Assembly (NCBI RefSeq): GCF_004010195.1 | Contig: NC_057717.1 | Coordinates: 104,450,827-104,494,339 of the forward strand | DNA length: 43,513 bases | Source: Chiloscyllium plagiosum | Lineage: Eukaryota | Direction of reading: 5' to 3' | Shown here: one piece after another, positions 10,492-24,400 of the stretch | Layout: each line of letters begins with the position of its first letter | Position numbering within the stretch: the stretch's first letter is position 1 | The notes under the pieces: generated by a model | The model's database searches: none | What the model saw: the letters and a program-made list of their open reading frames with translations, nothing else | Told to the model about the DNA's origin: nothing | Position numbers and translations under genes: made by a program

Positions 10492-11204
10492 GAAGTTCAC
10501 AGGGGAGGAACATATTATAAATTATGCAACAGCTTAATATGGAATTGTTACACCTCTACCTGGAATCCTGTCAAACCAAGAATTCCACAGGGTTATTTTA
10601 CTCAGGGAATGTTGACTTCGCTGTGCAGAGTTCACATGACCTCCAGTGACAGATACTGTTCCTGGTCAGAAAAAAAAATGAACTGGGAGGATTTAAGGAA
10701 AGAATATATCCAGCTCTTTGCATTTTCAAGTGAGATCCTAAATAGTGTTAAATATGATAAACTACATTTAAAAAAAAGATGAACACTTCAGTTAAGCGGC
10801 CTGGATTCTCTCAAAAGACATTCACATAACACAGACTAACGAAATTCCAAATTAGATGTGAGGTAATGCAGACATCAACACTTTGGTATGGGGGTGGGAT
10901 GGCAGTAGTTGTGAGATATGTATCACCCTCAAAAACCCCAAAATATCTGATATCTTGCACACACTTGGAAGATCTTATAACTTTTACAAAGTTCACATAT
11001 TTTAAAACCTCCAAGAGCCTGGCGCCATTTTTGGGCCTTAGAAGGAATGATTGAAAAAAAAAACTGAATGAAGAGGTAGCTGCTTTAAAAATATAAAATT
11101 TTTTAAACCACCAATTTGTGGCTGACTTTGTTCTTGAAACTTGGGCTCTTCTTTGCTCCCTTTTAAATAATCGTAGGTGAAATGGACGGCGGTAATCATC
11201 ACCA

Positions 11205-11260
11205 CTACAGGACAATCCACATGCTGCGACCACTGTCTGCCAAACGCTTCAGCGAGCGGC
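11205..11260 (-). CDS. DCAF15: DCAF15 exon 13 (last coding exon)
   Basis: ttttctctag acceptor; (G)[20 protein letters not shown]. Confidence 0.93.
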
Positions 11261-14200
11261 CTAGAGAAAAGCCAACATTGAAACTGAATCACCATTAGTG
11301 GTCACTGTGCTGTTCAGGCTGGGATTTCAATGCAGATCCGGAACTAATGAGACCAGTTACTCACTGGCAGCCACTGAGATTGAAAACCAACACAAACAGA
11401 ATAGTCATGTGATTATGAGCCACTGGGAGTGGTTTACCAAGCCTCTGACATTTTGAAGTGTGGGGTGATCATCTGTCCATCCATCCCCACCCCTCCTTAT
11501 GACAATGGATTTGAAGACTTAATACATGACCTGAAGGTAAAACCCTGTGATCCAACTCTGCTGGAGTGCAGAGATTCAAACCCTGACGAGCTTTTTGCCC
11601 AAGACCATTAACTGAACTACCCTTGTCTTGGAGCAGCTGGCTGTGATGTATCATAACTGACTGCAGCACAGAGTGACAGGGCACAGGTATACACAGGTCA
11701 TTCGACATAACACAAGCATCGTTAACGCAAATTCGCTGTAACACGATTGACGAATTGGGGACATTGTTTCTAAAGTGTAAGCTTTTAAAACGTTTGTTGG
11801 CGGCAATGCAATTACATTGCCAACGCTTGAAGCACTGTTTCTAAAATGTGATTTTTCTATAATGTGGGGTTGCACAAGAACACAACCATCGTGTTATAGA
11901 AGAACTACCTGTACCAGAGATTCCCCACAAAGGACTGTTTTATTGTTGATCAGGTACTTCCTCAAAAGATGAGCAAAATGTAAGTGACATGCCCAGAATT
12001 CAATTCTGTTGTTAACTCTCACCCCCACCAGGACTCTTTCAATTTCTTTGACCTGCAGAATCAAAAAGATAGCAGTCTTAAATGGTAGTTCAGGCAAAAT
12101 CCTTCAACCAAGCAATAGGGGCATTGAGACTATTGGAACTATGTGCTTGCTTGGTGAACTGAAGAAAGCAGGCTGCAAATGGTCCCCGGTTAGATCACAA
12201 GCATTGCTGCATTGCAATAAGTTTACACATAGGTTAGGGCCACGCACACACTTTTTGCTCAAAAACATACCTTTATGCAGAGCTTCATTTGTCATTCTGT
12301 TGACATTGCGAAAGGTACTTTCAGGGACCAGCCATCTCATTGCTATATCAACACAGCTTTTCCGGAAGGTACTCCAAACACTACCACTATATAAAATGAT
12401 TGCCAAGGTGAGAGAATGGGAGGACAGGAGGGGAAGAGAGAGAGAGAGGTACATTAGTCTAAATTTTCATTCCAAGGTCTTATTGAATGAAATTCACTAC
12501 GTAACTTACCTTGTTTGCCCCTGTACCGCAGTTAAGTCACCAACTCCCATAGTTGCAAAGACACCAGTGTTTAGATTCCATGTGCCCTTCAAACAAGTAT
12601 GATAGGTCTTAGGTCTGAAAAATCAGTGACAGAGTTTGATAATATTTCACAGGTACACATTCAGCTTACTAACACAGGATTGTTTTGGGGGACACTCAAA
12701 ACTAAATTGTAATACACAATGGTTCCAGTGCTGAGAGTGGGAACATACTGCCAGAGTTACAATGTGGTAGCTAGCCAGAATAGAAAATTTTAGTCTAGAA
12801 TTCTGCAACTCACTCCTTGAGTGTGTGCTGGTATTCAATAATAATTTTAACGAAGAGGAGAGGATATATACTTAAAGGAGAGAAAACTACAGGGCCTGTG
12901 GGAATGAACACAGAAGTAGAACTGATTAGATAGGTCTTTCAAAGAGCTGACATAGACACAATGGGCCAAATTGCCTCCGCCTGTGCTATAAGATTCTGTT
13001 CTATGTTCTTTGAGGCCAAGGGAATATTGATGTGGACCTTTCCTTCAGCTGACAAAAAGGAAACATGATCTGTGCAAGTAGTAGTTTTCATAGATCAAAT
13101 GAGCTACTGCTCCAGAATGTACTGACTCCACTATCATATGGTGGTTAAAATAAATCATAACACATCCATCCATTCTCATGTATCTGAACATCAGATTCAC
13201 CTGGATGCTCCTGGTACGGGGGGTTCTAACTATGAGGAGAGGTTGAGTAGATTAGGATTATTTTCACTGGAAAGGAGGTGATTGAGGGGTGACCTGATTG
13301 AGGCCTACAAAATCATGAGAGGTGTAGACAGGGTGGATGGCAAGCAATTTTTTCCCCAGAGTGGAGGACTCAATTACTAGGGGTCATGAATTCAAAGTGA
13401 GAGGGGAAAAGTTTAGGAGAGATATACATGGAAAGTTCTTCACGCAGAGGGTGGGACGCATTGCCAGCAGAGTTGGTAGGAGCAGGAATGATAATATCAT
13501 TTAAGATGTATCTAGAGAGATATATGAATGGGCAGGGAGCAAAGGGATACAGATCCTTAGGAAATAGGCGGCAGGTTTAAATAGAGGATCTGGATCAGCG
13601 CAGGCTTGGAGGTCCGCAGGGCCTGTTCCTGTGCTGCAAGGTTCTTTGATCTTTGAATTTTCTCAGCCATACTAAATATATGACCTTGTTTATATGTTCA
13701 AATATAAGCTTTCCAACCATACAACTTTCAAGATCACTACACTCCAGTCCTAGCTTCCTTACGTTCCGAATCAATATTGCCCCACACCATGGGCAGCTGT
13801 GCCTTCAGAATCCCTGGGCCTTAAATCCTTCTCAGCCTGTCCATCTCCAAAGATGCTCCTTAAAACCCAGCTCTTTGACAAAAAATTAAGTTTTGGTAAA
13901 GCTTCTGTAAAGTGCTTTGGAACATTTTAATTTAAAGGTGAATTGTGATTACAAATTGTTATTTGCTGTTTACAGCTCAGTGGTATCTCAATTCCTGAAA
14001 TCTATAGTGCTATATAGAATGGACCTTCTGTATTGCGTTCCTATAATAAACATGTCTAAACTTGAATCATACTCACTCATTATGACTTGGTTGCAAGATA
14101 ACCAAACCTAGAAATGGACAACCAATTAATATTGCATGTGAAGAGGATACTGACTGATTGGAGGATGTTAGGCATAGGGATGCAGCAGGAACTGCTGTCA

Positions 14201-15389
14201 ATCTCAATTGATTTAATTCATGCTTTTTATCCACCCTGTCCATGCCACACACCCTTCTCTGCTCCAACAAAAACAATGCAAGCTTATCCAATCTTTCCTC
14301 AACTTATATTTTCCACCCCTGGTATCCCCTCCAGTGCAATCACATTCTTCCTGTAATTCAGACCTGGCAAGTAGACTTTGATTCATCAGGGTTTTCCATG
14401 GGGAATGTGGCAGGAATTGGCAGCCTCCATAACACCATCCTCAGTGAAAAAAGTGCACAGTGCACACTATTGCAGTTTGGTTTCTTGCTGAATGCAAAAC
14501 AAGCTACTTTGACTTTTTGAGTCTTTATAGCATTAAATTCTGTTACACCAGGAAATTAATTATTAGGTTATTTACAACACAAGCAGGAATAGAATAGAGC
14601 TGGTCAACTCTCTCCCAACAAGTATGCAAGCCCAACGTCAGAGCAGAAGCCCTACAGCAGCTTCCCAGCACTTTCAATTCTGATCCAAGCCACCCACAAG
14701 GCAAACTGACAAGTAACATCAACTGATGCCAAACAGAGAATGTAACTCTACAAGTATGGGCAAGAACTACCAACTGAGCTCAAACTCATTGCAGATTCCA
14801 CCTTTAGAAGTAACAAAGCAAGAAAACTTGTATTTCGTCAGCCTGGACTGGATCTCGATCCCACAGCTGGAAAGGTCAGTGTGGAAACCTACTCAATGAA
14901 CTCCTGAAAGGAACAACATTTCAGATTTCCCACAGAAATTAAACATATAATGCAAATCCAACAGGTCTACACTGTTTCATAACAGAACAGCACACACACT
15001 GAAGGTTAATTTCCCTTACCTTATTTGCCCTTCTTCATCAGAAGGGTAAGCCAAAAGTAGCAGTCCTATGTTAATGATGACATGGTTGGTTATAGGGCAC
15101 ACCTTGAAACAGAAACAGATCACTATCATACTAATGTTCATGACAGTCCCAAAATTCAAGGAAGCAAGAATTCAGTGCACTGTACTTAGTCTGAAATCAA
15201 CTGGTTTAGGAGCATACCTTTCCAATTTGCCAAACGCAGCCTTTTAAGAAGTCAGTATAAAGATATCCAAAAGACTATTTAGTAGAAAAGGGAGCATGGG
15301 GTGGGGGCACTTGTGGGCTGGATTGGGGGGTTAGGGGTGGGAGAGAGAGGAATGCAGGGATGTGTGTGTGTGTGGGCGTGCACAAGGGT

Positions 15390-15449
<60 letters not shown>

Positions 15450-18400
15450 CGCGCGGTTGCTGCTTAAAACAAGGAAATGCTTGGACTTTAAGAAAAATTT
15501 GACCTTCCAGCATCTGCTGTATTAAACTCAGATTACTGATCAGTAACAGTAGTCCTACAAACTCAAACTTATTGGGCCTTCGTTTTGTAGCCATCTGAAA
15601 GCTTTTTAAATTTATCACACTAGAAGAAATCTACACAATTTCTAAATTCCACGTTACCCCAAAAGTCCCTCAATCTATAAACTCAGCACACTAAGAATTA
15701 CTGTGAAGCCATGTCCTATTCCAGGCTGTCCCAAAACACATTGCTTATCCGGTCTAAATTTACTTACCTCTAGAATGACAATATCGTAGTCACTGAAGGA
15801 ACAATATCGCTTTGACCAGGATGCATCATTCCTTATAATCTCATTAATGACATATTCAAAATCAAGTGTCAGCTGCTCCACAGTGAGGTACTTGCCCTGG
15901 AAATTCACAAGATATAGGAGATGGGTTGCCAGGGAATAGAGAAAGGCCAAGCACAAGACAGTCATATATCTGTCTTAGCCATATGTCACACTAAAGAGAT
16001 TCCTCTCATGGAAATGAGAAGTGGTAAACATAAATCCACCCTCGCATCCCACTCCCTCCTCTCAATACAGCAACCTTGATTACGCAGTAGGCAACGTATA
16101 CCAGCATACACTCACGCCAGACTGCAATAGCTGTGCCTCACTGAATAGGCCTCTCATCCAAGTCAGAAGGTTGTGGGTTCAAGTTCCACTCCAGAGACTT
16201 GAGAACAAGGAATGCAGACTGATAATTCCAGTTCTGTACTACAATATGTATATCTGTAAAGATATACAAATTCTATGCAATACAGTTTAATTATTCACAA
16301 TAATTTGTTCACTGATATAGCATATTTACCACTTTTTAATCACAAACTCAACTCAGCCCAGAATGCCCTCAGCTAATATTCACCAAGAGAAGATGATAAA
16401 CTTGGGACCATAATACACTTACAGCCAGAAGCAGCCAGTAATAAAGGCGATCTACTTTCGAGCTGTGCCTGTTATAGTGCAGTATTGTCACTAGGTACAG
16501 AATACTGATACTTCAGAAATTTACAAAAGAAATGCACAAATTGAAATACTCAAATGTCATTACGTTCCCAGCTGATAGTACAACTGGACAAGTCAGATTC
16601 CAACATGAAATCTGGGCTGATTGATCATTTTAAAAAAATATTAATGTGGTGGTCATTCACCAAACATCGCATAAGGCTGCAAAGTTTCTTTAACAACAGA
16701 AAAGAAATTTATTACATGAAAGACAGCAACAAATATGGAAAACCAAGCTATCTAAATACAGCACATAGTTAGAAGAGTTTCAATCACCCAGCAAAGCAAA
16801 GATTTATGCTGTCTTTGAACACAATCCATTACAGAGACTCAAATCTGGTGGAATTACCCCTATTACGACATCAAAACTCTGGTTCAACTTAATGAATTCT
16901 CCCAAGTCCTTTCCTGTGAACTGCGAAGTCTTCTTACATTAACCCACAGTTTTTAAACAATCTGCAGATTTCTAACCAAACACTCCTGGTTTGAAAAGTT
17001 CACAAAGTAAGCCTTTCTACTGTCTTGTACTCATTTCCAGAGGAAAACTATATTTGTATCTGACTCTGGTCTGGTTTCCTCTGAGCTGTGCAGAAAGCTT
17101 TCAATCTCTGAATTTTCAAAGTTAAAATCAATCCTTGATTATTCTGACCCGAAAAACAAGCTACTTGCCATCAATGTCAATGTTAATGTTGTAAACTAAC
17201 ATAGCAGAAACAACTTTTCATTAACACTCCAAAGAGGTCCCTATTCTCTCCTCGCATTTCAGATTAAGTCACTGATTCAGAAGGACTGCCTGACCTCGTT
17301 ATTTCTTTAAAAAAACTCCACAAAATGTAACCCACCTATACTCCACTATTCTAAAATCCAAAAAACACGACAAAAAAAATCTATAATTAATCACACACTT
17401 CTCGTCACAACCATAATTCAAATTATTCCCATCAAGGACCACTGATGAACAAATTACCAGTAACTCACTACTGACAAGGCAAAAGACCACCTTTAAACAA
17501 ATTTGCAAGAATGAAATCTTAAAAACTTTCACTGCTGGCCTCTTTTACATTTCAGTATTACACACCCCATCTTTATAATCATTGTGACAACACACCAGGT
17601 TGCTGGACAGTGCCTGCAATTAGAGCGTGCAGTGGTTTACCACTTTGTAAGATACTGCACCAACAGTTCTGTACCCTTTCCACTTTGCCAGGGATTTATT
17701 GCACATTGGTTAAATTACCTGATATAAAGCACTTTCTTTAACAGGTTTCAGATTCCTTCCCCTCAAGTCAGTCACTACAAAATGCAGTGAGATCTTATCA
17801 TCATACCCTGTGAAAAACAAGATCTGCTTTAGTCTCCTGTCAACAAGTTCCTCTGATAGCAAACTAATTATTCACAAGTTGCAAGATTAAATAAATCCTT
17901 CGAGATCCTCAAATCACACAATTAGGTAAACATTTTCTTCACATAAACAGAGCTACACTTCCTCAGTTTAATCCTTTGATGTAACACATGCAAATATTAA
18001 TGACACAATGATGCAAATGAGCTAAGTGGCACCTACTGTTGCATCAGAATCATGTGGAAGATGAGCTATCTGAATGCACGGTGATGGGTATGGAAGCCAG
18101 TGAGAATGTGCTGCTCAGGCAGCTTGAAGATGGAAGTGAAATTTCTGTGGTTAACAGATGGCTTGCAAAGTTGACCCTTTCACTGCTTGAACATAGTGGA
18201 ACTGAATAGTGATTTTGTTGCCAATTACTTGGCATGACAATGTTTAAAGATTAAGGGAACTTACTTAATAAGTAAAACCCACATTGTTTCCTCCTGCCTG
18301 TAGCTCAGCAAACTGTCAAGGAAAGTTATTGCTAGCATTCCAACATGATGAGGAAGCGACTCTTTCCTTTTTGGAAATGGGCAAGATTTGGGAATAGTTG

Positions 18401-21400
18401 GATGTTAAAAGAGAACTGGAATTAAGCAATGATTGAGGAAGAAATGGAACACCAGCATACAGAATAAACCCAAACATTAACTCGAAGTCTGGTCTGACAG
18501 GCAGGAAGAGCAAATGAAACTGGATGAAAATTCTAGCTCTTCAAGCGTTGGAGTTAAATTCCCAACACTGTGACAGCAGAAAATGTTCTGCACAGTGATA
18601 AGTGGCTTTGCTGTGTTTCACCACAGTTCCCAATAGACACAAAATTGTCCTTAAAAACAAACTGTTGCTGCAATAGCAGTGTTCTCGTTCTGCTTCCAAG
18701 ATGTTGCTGAACAACACTCATTCAGAGCTGCTTAAGCACCCAGTAACTAAGGACATGCGGTGTAGGGAACAAGTAGGTTGCCTTAAAAGGTGCACACGTG
18801 CAAGTCTGTGACCACATGGGCATGGGCCCATGCAGTGCAAAAGGCTGGCTGCACACAGCAAGTAGAAGTTAGTAACAGCATTGCTTAACAATCCTGCAAT
18901 TACTTCAAATGGACCAATCTCCAGCACCTCCACCAGCGCAACTGCAGCAATTAAAAAAAAAAGTGAAAAAAAAACAAATCTGGAATGTTGGCGTTTAAAT
19001 TAAAGACAGGATGCTAGAGTTCACAGAACGGGGATTGTACGGAGAGATTTAACCAGCAGCTGGATCTGCAGAAGTGTCATTAACTCCTGCCTACAAAAAA
19101 GAAGCTTTTCACATTCCAGCAGGGTTCCTAGTGAATGAAGAACTTTAATGGCAATTACTGCTGTAGGGAAATATATGTTAATTGACTTAGATATAGCAAG
19201 ATCCCTCAAACACCAGGAACTGATTGGCCGGAATCTGGTTACATCGTACTCACCAAGGTCACAGGGCATTCCTCAGCTTTACTGAGTGCAAGTGCTGTAG
19301 GACCTCACAGATCCCCGAAACATGCAGAAGGGATCTTGGTTAGCTGCATTCAAAGGGCAGCATATCTGAAATATGGGATGACCGTAGTACTATGCTGAGA
19401 AGGGTGTGCTCAAGGTTCAGGAGTTAGACTTCAACACACAGCATTCGAATTGGGAGAGGTAACATTCACAAAAGAATGGCGATGATTCCAATGAAAGAAT
19501 TGAGAGTTGTTTGAATTAGTGCTCACAATTACCAAAAGGCAATCCCATTGATTTCAAGCACCCTCCAATAATACCAGAGTGATGTGGGCAAGGAACTGAG
19601 AGCAGGTTCTCTGCTGACTCGTCATTTTGAGATAGACAGTGAACACATCACCAGGGAAGAATCTTGCAAAGGGCATTCTGACAAGGAAAGCAGGGAAAAC
19701 TAGTGGACAATCACAACATTATTGCAAATTAATTAGGCAAACAGTATCCTGACAACCAAAAATTGAGGCATAAATAATATTTTAGCACTGCTACATAACT
19801 CACCATCATCATCATCTGCAGCCATACCAGAAGGCTCCAGAACATAATGCAGCTTTATATAGTTCACATACCCAGGCTCTGTTTGTGTAGTTTCATGGTG
19901 TTGGCTGCTAGTATTGTTCATTGTACCTGTCTCACACTGAATCAACTCATTTGCCATTTCAGTCCTCAGTTCAGCAGCAGGCAATACACCATTACCCAGT
20001 GCAGGACAAGAACATCTCAATAGTTGTGAATGTGAATGCTCAGAGTTCAAGGCAGAAGCAGAGGTGTTTGCAACACAACTGGAACACTGAATCTCTGACT
20101 TTGCTTCAGGAGAACAAGAGGAGAGTGTGAAATTGGACAGCTCACTTCTCTGCGTACCAAGGACCTTGTGACAGTCGTCTGTGGTGAGCCCTTGTAGAAC
20201 ACCTTCCTTTGGTTTGGAGCCAGCTTGGCTTAAACTACCCGATACTTCTGTGGTGTTGGTGGCAGCTCTCGCTCGCCTAAATATGTCAGCTGCAAACTCC
20301 TTCGCTTTACCGGCAGCAGAGGATTGCTCACCATGGGAAGTGTTACATGCTGCCAGTCCACCATGCTTCGAGCTTTTTAATTCCCAGCTCAGCATTTCCT
20401 CAGGACAGTATTCAGTGTGCGCACAGCCGGTAGTGTCAGCTTTGTGTAGGATGCAGTTTGGCCCTCCATGGCTGGATGAAGGATGACTTGGAGCTTCACA
20501 CTGAAGATAACTCGACATGACATCATCCATTACTGGCGATATAAGATTAGGATCTAGCTCAGAATGACCTGGAGGTGCAGTGTTTTCACTACTCTTACTG
20601 TACAGAATCTGCCCTTTCTCATCTGAAACACAGAAAGCCAAGACAGAACAGTTGTCAAGTAAATATAAAATGAACATCTGGTTAAATTAGTGCATAAACT
20701 TTACTATAAAAACACTGGTGACCCGACAGGTATCTCACTCTCTTTAATCCTGTGTTTCCCTCTGGTTATTTTATCTCTACCAGTGGCTAGAAGGGTAGGA
20801 GGCATTCTGTCATGGTGTTTCAGCCAGAATATGGAGCAGCCTTGATGGACCCGGGGGGTCTGTTGTTCTCCATTATTTTAATCAATCAGGTGAATTTCAC
20901 CAACATTGCTGCGTTAGTTGACCTCAGTTGGATGTGGCAGCTAAGGCATAACAATCAATCACAGTGGCCTCAGGTTGGACAGGAAAGCCAATGACTCTGG
21001 TGGAATTCTATATGTGTACACAGGGTGGCTGGGTTCAGATTGGGGACGTGACTGGGGTTACAATGCCCAATAGGATAGAGGTGTATTTATACCTAGATTC
21101 TAAAGAAACCAGGAAGAAACTTTATGTGTATTGATGATCATTAAGAGGGTGGAGTATAGCAAAGATTTGTCAGTACATTTAAAAAACACAACTATGGTTC
21201 TCCTATGATAAAATCTTTACAACGACAGCATACCTTTCACATCAAAAGAAAAACTCCTTCCAATAATGGCAGTGGATCCGAGAACGCATTTTAATACCCA
21301 TTCAAAAGTTGGGCACCTTCAATATCACTTAGTGCAGTGGCAGTGTCATCTCAATCTTGCACTCAGGTCTCAGGGTTAGGATTTGATCAATGGTCATCCC

Positions 21401-24400
21401 AAGTGTTGCTAACGAGTTACAGATTACCCTTAAGTAGATGCCCAGAGCCAGCAGTGGGAATGGCTGCTTCAGTGAACAGAGAGGAATATTTCTGCCTGAA
21501 TTAAAATAATTTGGACCCTTTTCTGTACCTGTGACTAGCTCATTCATACGTACTGTCCAGATTCCTAAAACAACAATTATGGCATACCTGTTGTGTTGAC
21601 AGATATGGCACAGGCTACCAGAGAGTAGCTGGTGTTGAGTAACACCACTCCATCTTTCTTGAGCTGAAAGGCAGGCTGAAATGTGGGGAAGGGATACACC
21701 ACCTGGTACTTTGTGTGAAGCATGAAGCCATGCTGTAGACAGTAGGCATTCTGCTCATCTGCAAAAGACACAATAGCAAGTTAGGTCTGAGCCGAGTGAA
21801 GTATAACAGCTTTAACATTCTAATGTGAAATAAGTATCTTTCTTCAAACCTGTGCTAAGCAAAGCCATATCCTTACAGTCAGGACAGAATGAAAATGGCG
21901 GTGTAGCAACTGTTGTAATATAAATATCTCGATCATTTTCATCACTCATCACCATGTTTATCAGCAGATCATTCACTGAGCGGATGCTGCATTAAAAGAA
22001 AACAGAACTTTGATTTAATATAATGGGATGAAAATATTATATATTCAAAACTTTGCCGGAGGAAGGACAAAAACTCCACCCATACGCCTCCCAATCCCAC
22101 ACCTAACACTCAAAACAAACAAGTCAGTCACATATCTCTGTAGTATGTGGTAAAGGGAAAAACAGAGACAGGAGAAAAACACTGCACAAAAAGATACCAG
22201 AACAAGAAGATTCCACAAAAAATAAAAATGGGTTAATTTGCCTTGGGTATGTTGTTTTAGGAAGAAATATTGACTAGGGTAAAAGGGTAACTCCTTACTT
22301 CAACCAGCATTAAACGCATTAACGTCAAGCAAGTGGAGTTAACAACTCAGTGGATATTTGCGCTCCAGCCTCCTGAGTGGGATTTGAACTGACAGCCTTC
22401 TCACTCAGAGGAAAACGTGCGTCCCACTGAACCACATTTAACAATTGACTCCAAATCTCAGCAGGTTTGCTGCAGCAGAGGAGAAGGTTGAAAATTTTCA
22501 GAACAGCAGCTTCCAAACAAGCTAGAAACATCAACTGCTGAAATATCACTTTCACTGAAACAAACATTTGAGTTTTGCAGTCAGGAAGGATATAGAGGGT
22601 GCAGTGGACTGAGATTCATCAGAATGAGACCATGGCTGGAAGATCAATTAAGCCCATAACAGAGAGGCACCACCTTAATATCTGAGCTATGTTGTTCCGG
22701 GTGAGGTCATTTCACACAAATAGTCATGGGAATCTGGAACTTGCTCCTCACAAAGCTGGGGGAGTCAATGAAAATTGAGAAGTAGAGTGATAATTTTCTA
22801 GTAGGCAAGATAACCAAGGAACATACAATCAAGGCAGGTAGACAGAGCTAATACAAATTAGCCAGGATCAAATGTCAAGCTTGACAGGCTGAAGGACCTC
22901 CTAAATGTTGGCATGAATACTCACTTGAACCCAAATACGATAAGTTTTGAGGGATCGCTTGGCCATTCACACACTGTGAGGTACAAGTCGCTGTACACTT
23001 CCTGATCTTTGAACAGGTGCACTTGCCTCACCTAAAGTTCAACAACAAAAATTTTAAAAGATTTGTTTTTCTTGTACAGTTGAGTACTCCAGAATGTGAA
23101 TGTTTCTAAAATTATTATGCGGTCAAATGTAGCAAGCATATATATCTGCATAGACACGTGGGAACATGATAAGTTCGTAGACGAGATGAGATGTGAGAGA
23201 TATGCAAGAAATATCGAAATATCATGGCCGATACCATGATCAGCTCCCAGCTTTCGGAAAGTTTGAAAGTAGATTGATGTTTATAGAGCATTTGAATGCA
23301 CTGTATGCAGGCCGAAAGGCTTTCATTGAAGGTGAAGTCTCAAAGAATTTGGCAAATCTTAAGGTCATCAGAAACCAGTTTAAACCAGGGAAATAAGGTT
23401 TATTATACAAAGAGAGGGTCTTAAAGAATGGAAAGCCCTGGAGATTATTGGTAAAGACAAAAAGATAATATTGGAAACCCTGCAAATCAGACTGTTCACG
23501 TACACTCGTCAACGTTACAGATTTGCAGAGAGGAGACAATTACCTCTCATAACCAGTGACTGCCCAGCTATGAGGATCAAACTGCTGCAACTGAAAGTTT
23601 GCCTAATGACAGACAGCTCAATTCTGATCATTAATGAGGCCATTAGCCCCAAAGGACAATTACCAAAATTGGCTAAGTCAAATATTTACCAGAAGGGGGC
23701 TAGTCAATGGAGAAATGTAACCATTATAACAGTGAGCAGAGATGGCCACTGGAAAATACAGAAGTTGGACGATGGGCAGGTGGTTAGGTCCATGGATTGC
23801 AAACACGAAGTACAAAGATGGATGGCAGGAAAATTCAGTGTCAGCTCAAATACTGGGTCCAGGAGTGAACATGCCCTTGCAAAGAGATTATTAAGGTAAG
23901 AAGTGGGGTGATCAAATTGTAGCAGTCCAAAAAGAAATAGAATGTAAGACAGAGAGTGTAGTTTAACAAGGACAAAATTGATTGCACAAACTAGGAATAC
24001 TACCAGGAACAGAAGCCCATTTAATCAGGAAGTCTTGGAGCCCTCCAGCAAACCACAAGTTACAACATTTTCAGAGAATGGAGAAATCTCCAAACTGAAA
24101 TGGGTGGTTGGCAGCAGTCATCTACCTCATTGTATTAGTTTGTTCCTTTCTTTGTAAAGCACAGTTATGCATACTGGAAAAAAATATCTGAAACTTGGAA
24201 GAGCAGAAAAAAAAACATAATTGATTTTTGCATGACTCGTGATGTAATGTTATACACTCATTTATTTATAGGAATCTCCTTTATTCTCTTTATGCCCCAT
24301 CTGACCTTCAAACCTCTCTTTTTCCTTCCAGTTTTTAGAGACACTTCTTAACCTTTCTTTCTGCCAAAGTTTTCATCATCTGTCTCAATACCTCCTTTGA

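Noticed and set aside
12009..12602. 197-aa plus-strand ORF
   Set aside because: Antisense to DCAF15 exons 11-12, non-ATG start, no recognisable domain.
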